From contig NC_043009.1 in NCBI RefSeq assembly GCF_006345805.1, positions 20,708,001-20,772,000 on the forward strand: 64,000 bases of DNA, written 5' to 3'. Below the pieces are notes generated by a model. The model was not told where the DNA came from, did not search any database, and was given only the letters and a program-made list of their open reading frames with translations. Shown here piece after piece: positions 23,949-37,566 of the stretch. The position numbers and the translations under genes are program-made. The DNA comes from Octopus sinensis. Lineage: Eukaryota. The stretch's first letter is position 1. Each line of letters begins with the position of its first letter.

Positions 23949-26900
23949 CTACAAAGGAAAACAAACGCACAAGGTTAGAGATTTGAAAACACAAAACATA
24001 ATTGAACACTTCATTCTATTAATATAGAAAATCTTTTGACTCTTTTCTATGCAATATATACTCTCAAATGCATAAAATACATATCTATGCAGTAAAACAC
24101 CTGCCTACTTTAGAGAGAGAATCCTTTTATGACCAGCACAGGGAATATCTAACTTAAAAGAACCACCATGGTGACATGCGACTATCACATGAAGTCAAAG
24201 CAAGGAGATACCAACACACACATACATGACATGGAATCTTTATTCAGTGCTTGAGAAGACCCGGTTAACCAAGCGAGATTGTGGCCAATGCCAGTGCCGC
24301 TTGACTGGCACCCATGCTGGTGGCACATAAAAAGCACCATTTGAGTGTGGTTGAAGCCAGTGCCTCTTGAATGGCTTCCATGGCATGTAAAAAGTACCCA
24401 CTACTTTCTCAGAGTGGTTGGCATTAGGAAGAGCATCCAGTTGTAGAAATCTTGTCAGATCAGATTAGAGCCTGGTGCAGCTTGCCAGGTCCTCAGTCAA
24501 ACCGTCCAACCCATGCCAGCATGGAAAGCGGATGTTAAATGACGATGTTGACCACTATTTAGCATCTTTGATAAAACAAATAAGTTTGACTCTTTAAGAC
24601 AGGAAGATATGATGCAAGGGACATTTAACCAATATTTCTGGAAGACTGTGGAACTACGTAGACCCCCCCACTCCCCCCACACATCTTATAATACTTTGAT
24701 TTATAGTGACAAAGTATTGGAATTTTCAGTGATTTTTGCCAATAAATTGTCTATCTGTTGCCATGCCAAATTTTAACAATAATTTCAACCAAAAACTATT
24801 ATAAAAAAAAAAGAAGCCAAACATACCGCTGGAAGTTGATTTGGTGTGTTTTTCTCCAACATAATTCGGTCTTCAGTTGTCTTTCGGTAGACAGGATTGT
24901 CAAAGTTCATGTGCTTTGTTCGTTTCTTACGATAGGCTTTGTACGAGACGTAAGTAATCTGCAACACAAAATAAAGATTTTTGTTGATAAAAAAAAGCAT
25001 TAAAAATTTTGATGCAAATTAGATGGGGCAAAATGAGTAACCGGGGTTAAATGAGTAATTTGTGTTTTCTTGTAACTTTCTCCCTCCCTGTTTGAAATCA
25101 TTACATTGCAAGTAGTGCATCATCATCATTAGGAGTCAAAACTGGTCAGCATAGTTGTTGTTATTGTTGTCAAAGTTCAGAGAGTCCAAAACAGTCAGAT
25201 GACAGGCAATTTTGTTTTAAGAAATTTTTCCTCAACTTTGACCCGATTGTTATTGAACATGTCAATAAAATGAAGTTGCTAATAAAATATCTGGATAATT
25301 TTTGGTGGTTAACAATCAATATTCTTTTCTCTGTTGGATTTCAAGTCAATTGTTTTCCCAGTCTAATATGGTCTATAATGGGGTAAAATGAGTAATGACT
25401 AATTTTAATAATTTCTTCTTCTTAACTGCATGGTATGTAAATATATCTGGAAGAGAACCCCTCCAGCAGATTCTGAAGAAGCTATAGAGAATATTTCATG
25501 TTGAGTTGTTTTAATCCAGTCAAGTCTCATATCATGTGCCATTTTTCCATAATCCTCTTTCATTTGACCTAGATATTTTAAACTTTTGTTGCATTTCAGA
25601 TCTTTCAGATGTCTAACAATGGATATTGAGTCGGTTTTCAAATGTAATTCAGGAGACCAGAAGAGACATAAATTTACCTTATATCGGTTTACTCATTTTG
25701 CCCAGGTTAAATTTAGAGAATGGAGGTAATTTTCTGAAACAGTGTTCTGAGTAGAATGCTTTTAATGCATTTAGGGAAGGCCATTTGCTTAGCTGATATA
25801 GCTTTTGTAAGGTAGTGAACATTAGTAAAAAGATATATTTTATATCAAAGTCAAAATTATTGTGTCCTGTCTCACCTAATAGTTTTTAAAAGATTTAATC
25901 AAGAGAGAAAAACCAATTCTACATAACTTTACGGCGATGACGTCCTTAGGTTTTACTGAGGTTTACTGTTTGTAATTATTTAAATGAGGCTAACAGATTC
26001 TTGACTAACCCTCAAAATGAAGCATTTTCATTTTGATAACAATATTTTATAGAACATGTAAAACTCTGCATCTTAAAAAATAGCATTTTGGCTTAAATAT
26101 TTCCTTCTAGATCATGCTTTATTAGTTGTCATCAAGTCTCTTATTCCTTTTTGAATCTGTACATAAAAACCAAAACAGTGACACCACATTCACACATGTC
26201 TCAGTGGTGGTGCTTTTAACATTAGCTGAACTCAGACATTTAATAACATAATAAAATGTTAAGTTTCGTCACTCCAGTAAAAATCCATCTTCTAAGTTGA
26301 TTATATAAATCCTGTTAATTTCCCAAACTTAATGAGTAGGAGACAAATATAAGGAGTGAAAGGTAGGGTAAAAAAACTGTTGAAGCGACGTAAATACGGC
26401 AACTTACCACAATTAATATAATCAATATTAAAATCAGAACTGTTGTAACAATTCCTGTGATTTTGCCAGTTTCTTTGGGTTTTTGAATAACAACAAGAGT
26501 TGTTTGATTTAAGCTATTTCCTGTTGATACTTGAGTGATTGATGAATCAGAATTTGACTGATTATCACCATGTGTTGTTGGAGTAATTGTACTTGATTGA
26601 ACAGGTGAGCGAGTACTGGGTGGAATACCTAAACACAACAGAATATATGTGTAAATATTACATTTCCATGCATATCAAAGGGAGCAGAGAAAAAACTGTC
26701 GTCTAAATTATGCAAAAATGAAAATAACACTGACATCACATCTTAACAAATAGACTTAACCAAAATTACATAAAAATATCTTGAAATACTTAAAGAGTAA
26801 ATTTATTCAATAAAATCCCCATTGGCTTCAACCACAGCCTCCAGATGGCTTTGGAATCTCCTGCAACTCTTATAGATGGTCTCCTTGTTTAATTTGCCAT

Positions 26901-29900
26901 AATCTTTGCCTTCAGTTCATCTTTGGTGTTACAAGGATTTCGTTGGGCTTTCACTCAACTGCGCCCCATACAATAATAATCAAGGGGGTTCCAGTCTGTG
27001 GAGTTAAGAAGCCAGATGTTTAGGGGTGATGCAATCATAGAAATCGTCCGACAGCCATGACTGGGTTCTGCTTGTGTGGGTGCAGAGTCCTGTTGCCAGG
27101 CATAGGGTGTTCCAGCAGCCACCCTCTTGACCCACAGCAGTACTACCTCCTCCAGGAACTTGATGTAGGCCTCCATGTTGAGTGTGAGGCCATGTGGGAA
27201 GATGATCACTCCAAACACCATGATGTTGACTGGATGTTTGATTTTTATCACTCTCAGTACATCTGTCCTCAGACTGACACCCAAACACTCTGAAATGTTC
27301 ATAATGGCACTTCTGGCTGAATGCCAAGCAGTACAACAGGTCGTTTCCAAATTTCTGGCAGAGTGAATTGCATCATGGTGCCGTTTTTCTCACAGTTAGT
27401 GCCCAACTGACCCTACTATACTGTGTAGGTGACAAAATCAAAAACAAACAATGCATATGTGTGAAATTAAAAATATAAAATGGTGACAATATAAAATATA
27501 AAATGTGTGTGTGTATGTATATATATATATATGTGTATATATAGATAGAGAGAGAGCTTAGCTGTAGTCTAATGGCTGGTGGTATGTAAAAGCCACCAAT
27601 GTTTCCAATGAAGATTAGAGATGAAGGACGCTATGTGTGTGAGAGTGACATGCATAACTTTAGTTTTGATTTGAGGAAAACCTGAACAAGTTATTTAAAA
27701 CAGACTTTGCTAATTAATTAGTAGCTGGTGAAATGGCAAACGAAATGCCATAAATGGCAGTATTTTAGCAACATAGATTCTGAGTTGAAACGTCCGTATT
27801 AAGTGAACATGTTTAATAAGACATTTTAGCAAGGTGATCAACAGGAAGAATCGTCAGCACATGGAGCGAAATGCTTAGCAGCAGCAGCAGTATTGGGGGG
27901 TCCAGGTCTTCTACATTTTGAGTTCAAATCCTGCCAAACTTGACTTTGCCCTTCATCTTTTTGGGGATAGAGAAAAAATAAGTTAAAAACAGGGGTTGAT
28001 GTAATCAAACTATCCTCTTCCCCACAAAATACTGGCTTTCTGCCAAAATTTGAAACCAATACGAAATTTTAGGCATCAGTGTTAGGTGTAAATAAAAACA
28101 GATTCCAGTAGAGGACAGAAGCAATTCTATTAACCAATTTGGAGGCCAAAAGTGATTACCTTGTGACTTTGAAGTTGTTGTATGTGATGGATTCGTAACA
28201 GGTTGAATGGCTTTGCCTGAATCTGTAATAAAAAGGAAATTAAAAACAAAAATTACATAAAGTATACAACAAAACTAGTCTTAATAGACAAACATCATAA
28301 TTACATGCATATTATGTTTAAAAAAAAAAAAAAAGAAACTAAAACAGTTACTACTTGAAACAAGCATGCAGTTTGGAATTTCTATAATTAACAGTCACAA
28401 CAATTCATTTAGGTTTCTGCTTTTAGAAAGAAATTAAATCAAAATTTTCCAAAAGTTTCTTTGTTATGATGGAACAGTAAATTCATGTTTACTCTAGGGG
28501 GAAAAAGTTTGTGCACACGCATCATCCTCATCATTTTACGACCACTTTCCATGCCAGCACAATAACTATTTGGCTGAAATAAGTATGTCACTCCAAAATC
28601 AGTGTTGCTTTACTTCTATTTAATAGTTTGTTAATATTGTTGTTGTCATCATCATTTAGCGTCCGCTTTCCATGCTAGCATGGGTTGGACGGTTCAACTG
28701 GGGTCTGGGAAGCCAGAAGGCTGCATCAGGCCCAGTCTGATCTGGCAGTGTTTCTACGGCTGGATGCCCTTCCTAACGCCAACCACTCTGTGAGTGTAGT
28801 GGGTGCTTTTTACGTGCCACCTGCACAGGTGCCAGACGGAGCTGGCAAACGGCCACGGACGGATGCTGCTTTTTACGTGCCACCGGCACGGCATTATTAT
28901 TATTATTATTAAATGCTATGATATGGTGGTAAATCCTCAGTGAAGTTGGGTTCCTAACCTTGTCTCAAACTGCTTCTATCCAATGGACAAAATATATTTG
29001 AGCTTAGCACAGTTTCTCAATTGGAGATTTGGATCCTGGCAATTCAGGTGCCAAGGCATTTTAAATGCTAATGGCATAGTCTACTCAACTGTAAGCAGGT
29101 ACCATTGGTTGAGCCGTGCTGTATTAAATTAACACATAAGTGGCTGAGTATCCCACAGACAGCATATAATAATGTTGGACTCTTCAATTACAGGTACAAT
29201 GTAGCTAAAAACAATATTAACTCTTCTTTCATACTTGAGAGTATAGTGTCCCTTTCAAGAAAGGGATGAATTAGGGCTGGGCTATTAATTGGACTCTGTA
29301 TAAGGAACTCAAGAGACAAAGTTTATTCTAAATTTGAAATAATAAAAGTATAACAGAGGGCCTTTATTATACATTCAGCTTTCGACTGGCACAGTGCCAC
29401 CTCCTGAATATTGTGGTTCTTGAAATATATTGTGAAAGAAGTTTGGAGAGAGAAAAAAAATAAGGAGTGGTAATTAACAATCATCATCATCATCAAAATA
29501 ACACCATCACTACCATCATCATCATCATCATCATCATCATTTGCCTGGTTTAAACATAAGTACATCTGTCACCATAGCAATTATCCTATACAGTTTTATG
29601 TGGATCAGATTGTATTTGAGTGTGTATAAGTGGGAAAGAGAGAGAGAGAGAAATCTAATTTAAAAAATTCTTGAGTGAATCAATGATGAATGCCTCAATG
29701 ATAGAATATTGATCTTTGGAATCAATCACCACCAACTGACAATTAAGGTATTGGAATAGAAAGGAAAGCCTTGTTCAGAATACAAGGTCCATCTGCAGGT
29801 TAGGTAGATATTATGTATTCTAAGGTTACAAAATAATGAATATGGATTTAGAAAATGAAAGCTTGCCAAGCAAGCATTCAAATTCCCTGTTCCCAACTTA

Positions 29901-32900
29901 ATATTTAATTCTACATTTGTCGTTGCAGTGACAGAAACATATTTGCTTATTTCTCAAGATGGTTCATGCTTCTGCTATCAATGATACATTTGTTGTAATC
30001 ATGCAGTTGGCACACGCAAGTAAGTCTTTAGTACTAAAGCTATGACATTCGAATCAGTTGAGGGCTATCTCTCTTTGGTGTCCTCTACAGAAGAAGGCCT
30101 AATCACCCAGAAATGCATTTAGGAGTCCTAGAGAGGGCACCATTGAGCTGATGTGTATATACATTTACCATAAGCAAGAAATTTTCTCTATGGCAAACTA
30201 CAGCGATTATGCCTTTAGAAGTCAAAATATGTTACAAATATACGTGAACTAACTTAAAGTTTGTTTATTTAATTATGATAAAAATTTCTAGAAGAAAAGG
30301 TTAACTGAATAAACAGTAAGTTTACATCAACACATTATGGTTGTCACCTAATAACTTTTAGATTTATAATATTTATCTATGGAACCAACTGTTTTCTATA
30401 GCTGAGGTACCAAACATTCTCAATAGTTGAAGTACGAACCACACTCTACAACTGTGGTACCAGCCACTCTCTACAGCTGAGGCACCAACAACTCTCTACA
30501 GATATGGTACCAACTATTCAATAAAGCTAATACGTATGACAGGCTGAAATCAATATCATAGTAATAGAGGAACAGACTAATTGTCTTACAACATTCAGTT
30601 TTGTTCCTTTACGTTGTGAGTTCAAATCCCATTGGAGCTGATTTTGCCTTTCATATTTCAATGGTTACCCACAAGACAAAGATTGGCAAAAATATTCAAA
30701 AGAAATGCTTTGTATTTGTTTGGGATATTTATGTTCTGTAACAACATTGGCACAAAGATTTTTTGGCCCTTGCCTTTTTTTTTTAGACAATATTGAATAA
30801 GGAGACCTAGTGCATAGGTCCCAGCTGGTCTGTCATAAAAACAACCCCAGGAGAGGATGTATCCAGGGTCAGTAGTTAGAGAAGATCCTTATTCTTTCAA
30901 AAATACAAAGATATCTGAATGAACTGTGAAGATTTTAACAAATTAAATGTAGTTAGCCTCGCATGAAAAAAACTGAGCAATTTGTATGACATTTGTAAAT
31001 AAGCTAAAACAGGAGATCAGATGAAAATGATCTTATCAATCTCTCTGTCTGCCTATCTACCTACATCATCATCATCATCGTTTAACGTCCGTTTTCCATG
31101 TTAGCATGGGTTGGACGGTTCGACCAGGGTCTGGGAAGCCAGGAGGCTGCACCAGGCTCCAGTCTGATCTGGCAGTGTTTCTACAGCTGGATGCCCTTCC
31201 TAACGCCAACCACTCCGTGAGTGTAGTGGGTGCTTTTTACGTGCCACCGGCATGGATCGCAACTACAATTTCCATTGATTTTTGATGTTGATGTACTTGA
31301 CTCAATAGGTCTCCTCAAGCACAGGGTCGAAACGGTGTTTACATATAAATGCATATATATATATGTTTGTAGGTATATATATGCATGCATGTATATATAA
31401 AGAGAGGGTTCTATCTGCCCATTCACACTAGCCATATCACATAGTAAACATTAGCTGTGGTGCTAAACACAAATTTTCTGGTGCTAATGACGCAACAACC
31501 GCATTCCTTACTTTCAATATGGAAGTCGATCACAGTGTTAATACTAAATGAGGAGGAAGGGGAAGCGCCTGAAATTTATAGATATCTCTATATGTATAAA
31601 CGGCAAAATGTCTGTCTGTGTATGTGTGTGTGTATCCTTTATACAAATCCACAATTTTTCAGCTAGTGGGCTCGCACTTTCTATGGTTATTCAAAACTGT
31701 CCAAGGGTGGTCGTGCACATCTTTACATTTCCCCATTCACTCCGCAAAGCCATTAAAAATATCAATAGAAGTGACTTTTTTGTGAATTTTCTATCCAAAA
31801 CCCAATCAAAATGCCCGAAACTTGATATGCCAATTGAATGCCAGCTAGCTGTATGTGAGTGGTTGGAGATTTGGACAGTACTCGTGTGTATGTGTGCATG
31901 CACGCAGCTGTATATGCATGTACTAGCACTATGACCCGGGTCATAGTGCTAGTTCTCTTTTAAATACAGAAGATGGATTTGGCTAGTGACCAGGTAAAGA
32001 TAGGAGGATATTAATCAATTCAATTTAAATGTTTTGTATGATAGAAGAAACAACTTTAGACATTCACAAACCAACTGGGGTTTTTAGGCCCAATACATGG
32101 AGAATTTTATGAAATGCTCATTTTATTGTTTAATTTAATATATATAATACAAAAATCAAGCAGTTAAATAAGGTGACTGTTAATTATTTTAAACATACAA
32201 TGAAATAAGCATCAGCAGCAGGAGACCTTACTACAAAACAGGTGAACTACTTTATGCAGTTTAATTTATCAAAATTTCTAATTAGATCTAGTTAATTCTG
32301 GTGAAGCAAGGCAAGGGGGACAACTTTAAAATCCAAATTATTTAAAAATTGAAAATGGGGAGTATTTAGAAAAGGAACTAAGTCTGAGTTGATTTCTTCC
32401 AGTTGTTTGTGTGCAAAACTATATTCGCCTCCCTTCCACCCACCAAATGGAACATTTTAATAGAAAAACAAAATCTACCAGATAACGACAACGAAGACGA
32501 CAATATTTACAGCAAGATCATAGGAAAGTAAAAGCTCACCATTAGAGAGAGTAGAGATGTTAGTAACAGCAGCAGCTGGTTGGATGTGGGTGTTATTTTC
32601 TTTAATAGGATGGGAAGTAGTAATAGAAGTGGTGGTAGGAGGAGGAATAGTAACAGTAGTGGAATCGTTTATTTTAATAGGAGTAGTAGTAGTAGTATTA
32701 GATGTAAGAGAAACATTAGATTTAGTCAGTACAGTTGAACTGTTAGCAGCAATATCTGTAAAGCATTAAAATATAAAAATCAATAAGATATATTAAAAGA
32801 CACACCACTGCGACTCTATATATATATATATTGTAGAACAGTGGATCGTGAGGAAGCTAGAGTTGTAAGAATATGGAGAGTTCAAACAGTGGAATATATT

Positions 32901-34556
32901 TTATGTCATGAGGAAGAAAGAGACATAATAATTTTTGCTCACTTTAACTTCTCACAATTTAGTTTTCCTTCAACACCAAGACTATCTTTCTCCCTCTCTC
33001 TCTCTCCGCAAAGAACAGTACCACCTGAAATGTTATTTCTCCTCTTCTTCCTCCTGCCATAAAATTCCTTCCACTCTTTGAGTCGCCTTCTATATACACC
33101 AGACATGATTTATAAACTAGTATCAAATTCAATACAATTGAGAGAAGACTTTAGAAACAAAAGTGATGGCATTCCGTACAAGAGACCTCTGTCTCTCAGA
33201 CATATAAGGAACTGCTACTTGATCAATTCTATAAGAAAAATTCATCTTTGTAACATAGTAACAGTATCAAAAACACTTCTTAAAGAGACAGTTATTTGTA
33301 AATTAGGTTGACAATGCAAGCAAGTAAATTAAAATGCATACATTTAATATAAATTTATTAATTAGGATATACATAAATTTTAATTAAAGTTATAAAAGCA
33401 TTCAGCTTAGTGAAACAAAATTCAATTTTTAGGCCCCACAGCTTAACACCTATGTGTATGTGTGTGTGTGTATTTGAGAGAGAGAGCACCTGTGTATGAA
33501 GTCTTTTAAATAATATATCTTAGAGAACATAACTTGGATTTCTAACAATTTAAACAAAGGTTTCTAATATAGTTTAGAAAATATTTTTAATAATAGTTTA
33601 TACCCATATTAATAATGTATCACTAGATAAAGGGAAAGTCTTTGAAAACAATTCCCATCAACCCAAACTATAATGAAACTACATTCTCACTCTAAAGAAA
33701 ACATCAATTTCCATGTTCAAAAAATTTGTGTTATTTGGAACCTGGATGTTTCAGTATAACTTTTTCAGAGCAGCTTATGTGGCTCTGGCAGGACTGCGAA
33801 GGCAGTTAATGGAATTGAACAGTTGATAAAGGCTGAGCTAATTAGGGGCACTCCATTTAGTTACTTGAAATGTTTTAGCACAAAACGCAACTTCATTAAA
33901 CCATATTAGTCTTAAAAATGAAAAGAAACACTAAAATAATTTAGCCGTAGATACACTATTTCATTCACAGAAAGTGAAATTAATATGAGTTGGGGAGCCA
34001 GTGAAGTTAGGTTGTCACAATCTTTGATCTGTTTTATTTTGTTTAACTTGGGTAGAAATGGTGCAGCAGTAAGTAAATTGTTTTAATGTTGGAATCATCC
34101 AGTAGTTAAAAACAAAAACAAAAGTCCACCATTTTGATGTAGAATCAACCAGACGAGTGTTTAGTAGCAGAGTAGAAAGTAAATTATGGATGGAAAGATT
34201 AGGAAGAGATAGAAAAACATGTTAATGGTCAAAACTATTGAGAAATATAGATGTAAACATCATGATGATGACAATGGTGATGATAATAATGATGATTTAA
34301 CAGCTGCAGTATAGTAAAATTGCTTTCCAAAGAAAATTTAAAGTATTGCTGTGGTAAAATAAGGAAATTAGTAGTTTTTTTTTATTAAAAAAAGTCCAAG
34401 ATTAAAATGTAGGAATGGAAATAAAGTGTGATCTTTGGAATATTGTTGCGAGTGATTGGGAAAGTTGGTGAAAGACAGGAAGAAGATACCAAAAACAATA
34501 ATACAAGCCAAAGTATACAAAACAAAGAATATTTAAGCCCAAACTAAACTGTAATG

Positions 34557-34598
<42 letters not shown>

Positions 34599-37521
34599 TA
34601 GGCACATGGCCAGGAATTTGTGGGGAGTGGAATACTTTATTACATTGACCCCAGTACTTGACTGGGACTATTTTATCAACCCCAAGATGATGAAAGGCAA
34701 AGTCAACCTTGGTGGCATTTGAAATCAGAATGTAAAGGTGGAAGAGAGTAAGCATTTTGCTTGTTATAACGATTCTACCAACTCTTTGCCTTAACAATAA
34801 TAATAAAAATAAAGTCATTAGTGCTTTTTTATGAAGACAACTGAAATGCAGAGATAATCTGGTGTGACAGAATTCCAATATAGGTTTTGCTAGGATAAAC
34901 TGACTTCAGGATTTCAATGTAGAAGCACAAATACACATGTTGCTACAACTTAATGAAGTTATACAATCAGAGGTAAAAATATCTTACCTTGAGATAATTA
35001 CATCGATGTAACATTGTCTATAAAGAGTCTCCCTTTACACACACACTGTATATAATATTCTACTTCACGTAGTTTCATGCCCCAGAGGCAACAATCAGCA
35101 TGATTGATGCTCAGAGCTCCAGTTCAATTAAAAATACATCCTTGATGTATCAAATGACCATACTGGAGCTTTTACCATTAAGCATCCTTATCCACTCATG
35201 AAACTTTAGGTAATGAGATGTGACCTGAGCTAACACACACACACATATATGGAACAGTTTTTCTCTCAGATTATATCAAACACATGGTTGTGTTTGAAGT
35301 TAATCTTTTTTATGAATGATGACATTTCAGACGTGCTTCATGGTCCCTTAAACATTAGTCATTATGCTTAGGTTTGGAAGTATGAGAAAGGGAGTGAGGG
35401 AGACAGATTGAATTTAGTAAACATACTCGTAGCAAAGACATTTGACATTTTTGAAGATTAGCTTTCATAAGTTTGCCGTGTACTTACCATAAGGCTCTTG
35501 GCGAACACATTCACGTCCGTTTCTTAATGATAAATAGCCATCAGCACAGACACATGAGTAAGTTGTATGTCCATCGTCGCGAGGGTCGGGCAAACATAGA
35601 TGTGCACATCCACCATTATTGGGGCCACAGTGACTTGTAGCTTCAAGTGGGAAAAAACACACAAAAAAAAAAAAAGATAAACAAGATACAATATAGGTGG
35701 ATATTATAAGGATTAAGATTTCATGAAAATTTTCTAATATAAATAATAAATGAACAATAGCAATGTATTTCATTAAACATTATTTTCTAGTCTAGAAACA
35801 CAAATATACATTTTGGAGCAAATGTTAAGTGAACCACAGTTATTACTGGTACTTAATTTATCCACCTTGGAAGAATGGAAGTTGAAGACAACTCTTGAGA
35901 AGAATTTGAACCTAAAAAATATAGAAACAAACTAAACAATACCAGGCGTCATTCACTTTTTCACTAATCCTGTAAATTAAATCAACTACAGTTTTAAGTA
36001 TGAGCTCTACTTACATGAAGGTTGTCGTGTATGATGATAAACATGTAAGTCCATTGGTTCACGAAGTTGTAGCCCTAATCTTTCAAAATGTTCTCCAGTA
36101 AATTTATTTGCTTGGCAAATTGATTCACTGTTACGATCAGTCCAATACAGAGTGTCCTAATGAAAGAAACAAACAAATTTAATTAACCTCCACGTGCAAC
36201 ATTAAGCTGACGGACTACTAACAACAAGCTCACAAGTTCAAATCAAACTTAGTTTCACTGAGCAAGATAACATAATCTTGTTTAATTTAGTTTTACCAAA
36301 CTGATAAAGACAAAAAAAAAAAAAAATTGCCAGTCCAATTCTGTACTTCCTTGTTGCTTTTTAACCCCAACTTTTTAATGACCCAGCAAATCTATGATGA
36401 ACTGACCTGATTTTATCTAAGATTATATATGGAGGACCCCCTCAGTTTGTATTTCATGGTTCATTGGTTATTGAGAGCAATGATGTGCAACTGTAAAAAT
36501 GAGTTCTCTCAAAAAATAAACCACTTTTGCAAGTGTGGGAAAATGAATGAAAACCAGCAACTGAGAAGCATTTAAACAAATGAATCTATCACGATTTTAG
36601 ATCTACTTTGTACACTGGTACAGGATGGAAAAGCCATCACTAACACCAACCAGTCAGCAGAGTTGACTTAGTGCTTTTTACATGGCACAAACACAGGCGA
36701 GGTCAGTTTTGGCAGGGTTTTACAGCTGGATGCACTTCCAAACACCAACCACATTAGAGTATGGACTGGATGCTTTCAAGTGGCATCTGCACTGACAGGG
36801 TCACCAAGTACTTGCAAGACAAATATATATATATATAATATATATACACACACACATATACATATATAATTTTTCAGATGGCCAGATAACCGAAGAGATG
36901 GTGTTGTGGATTTCCACCTCGGCATCCGAAACTCAGAGTTTTCTCTTGGCTATTGAATAATTGTCACATATTATTTTACAGATAAATTTCCTCTATTTAC
37001 ATAATATTGAGGTCTCTTTCTTTCTTTTGTTATCTTACCGTTTTTACCAATATATATATATACACACACACATACATATACACACACACATATATATATA
37101 TACACACATACATACATATATACACACATCATATATATATACACACACACATACATATATATATACATATATACACACACATACATATATATATACATAC
37201 ACACACATACACACATATATATATACACACACACACACACATATATATATACACACACACACATACATACACACATATATATATATATATACTGATATAT
37301 ACATATATATACACACACACATATATATATACACACACACACATATATACACATACACATATATATATATATACACACACACATATACACATACATATAT
37401 ATATATATACACACACACACATATACACATACATATATATATACACACACACACATATATATATACAGACATATATATATATACACACACACACATATAT
37501 ATATACAGACATATATATATA

Positions 37522-37566
<45 letters not shown>

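Noticed and set aside
30381-30520. CRISPR-like array
   Set aside because: Contiguous tandem 25-mers without unique spacers, no cas genes, eukaryotic intron.
32557-32769. Hydrophobic 70-aa plus-strand ORF ([12 protein letters not shown]..)
   Set aside because: Antisense shadow of the Thr/Pro-rich stalk exon.
34402-34878. 158-aa minus-strand ORF with a poly-Leu run
   Set aside because: Built from the (AAT)n microsatellite and a SINE.
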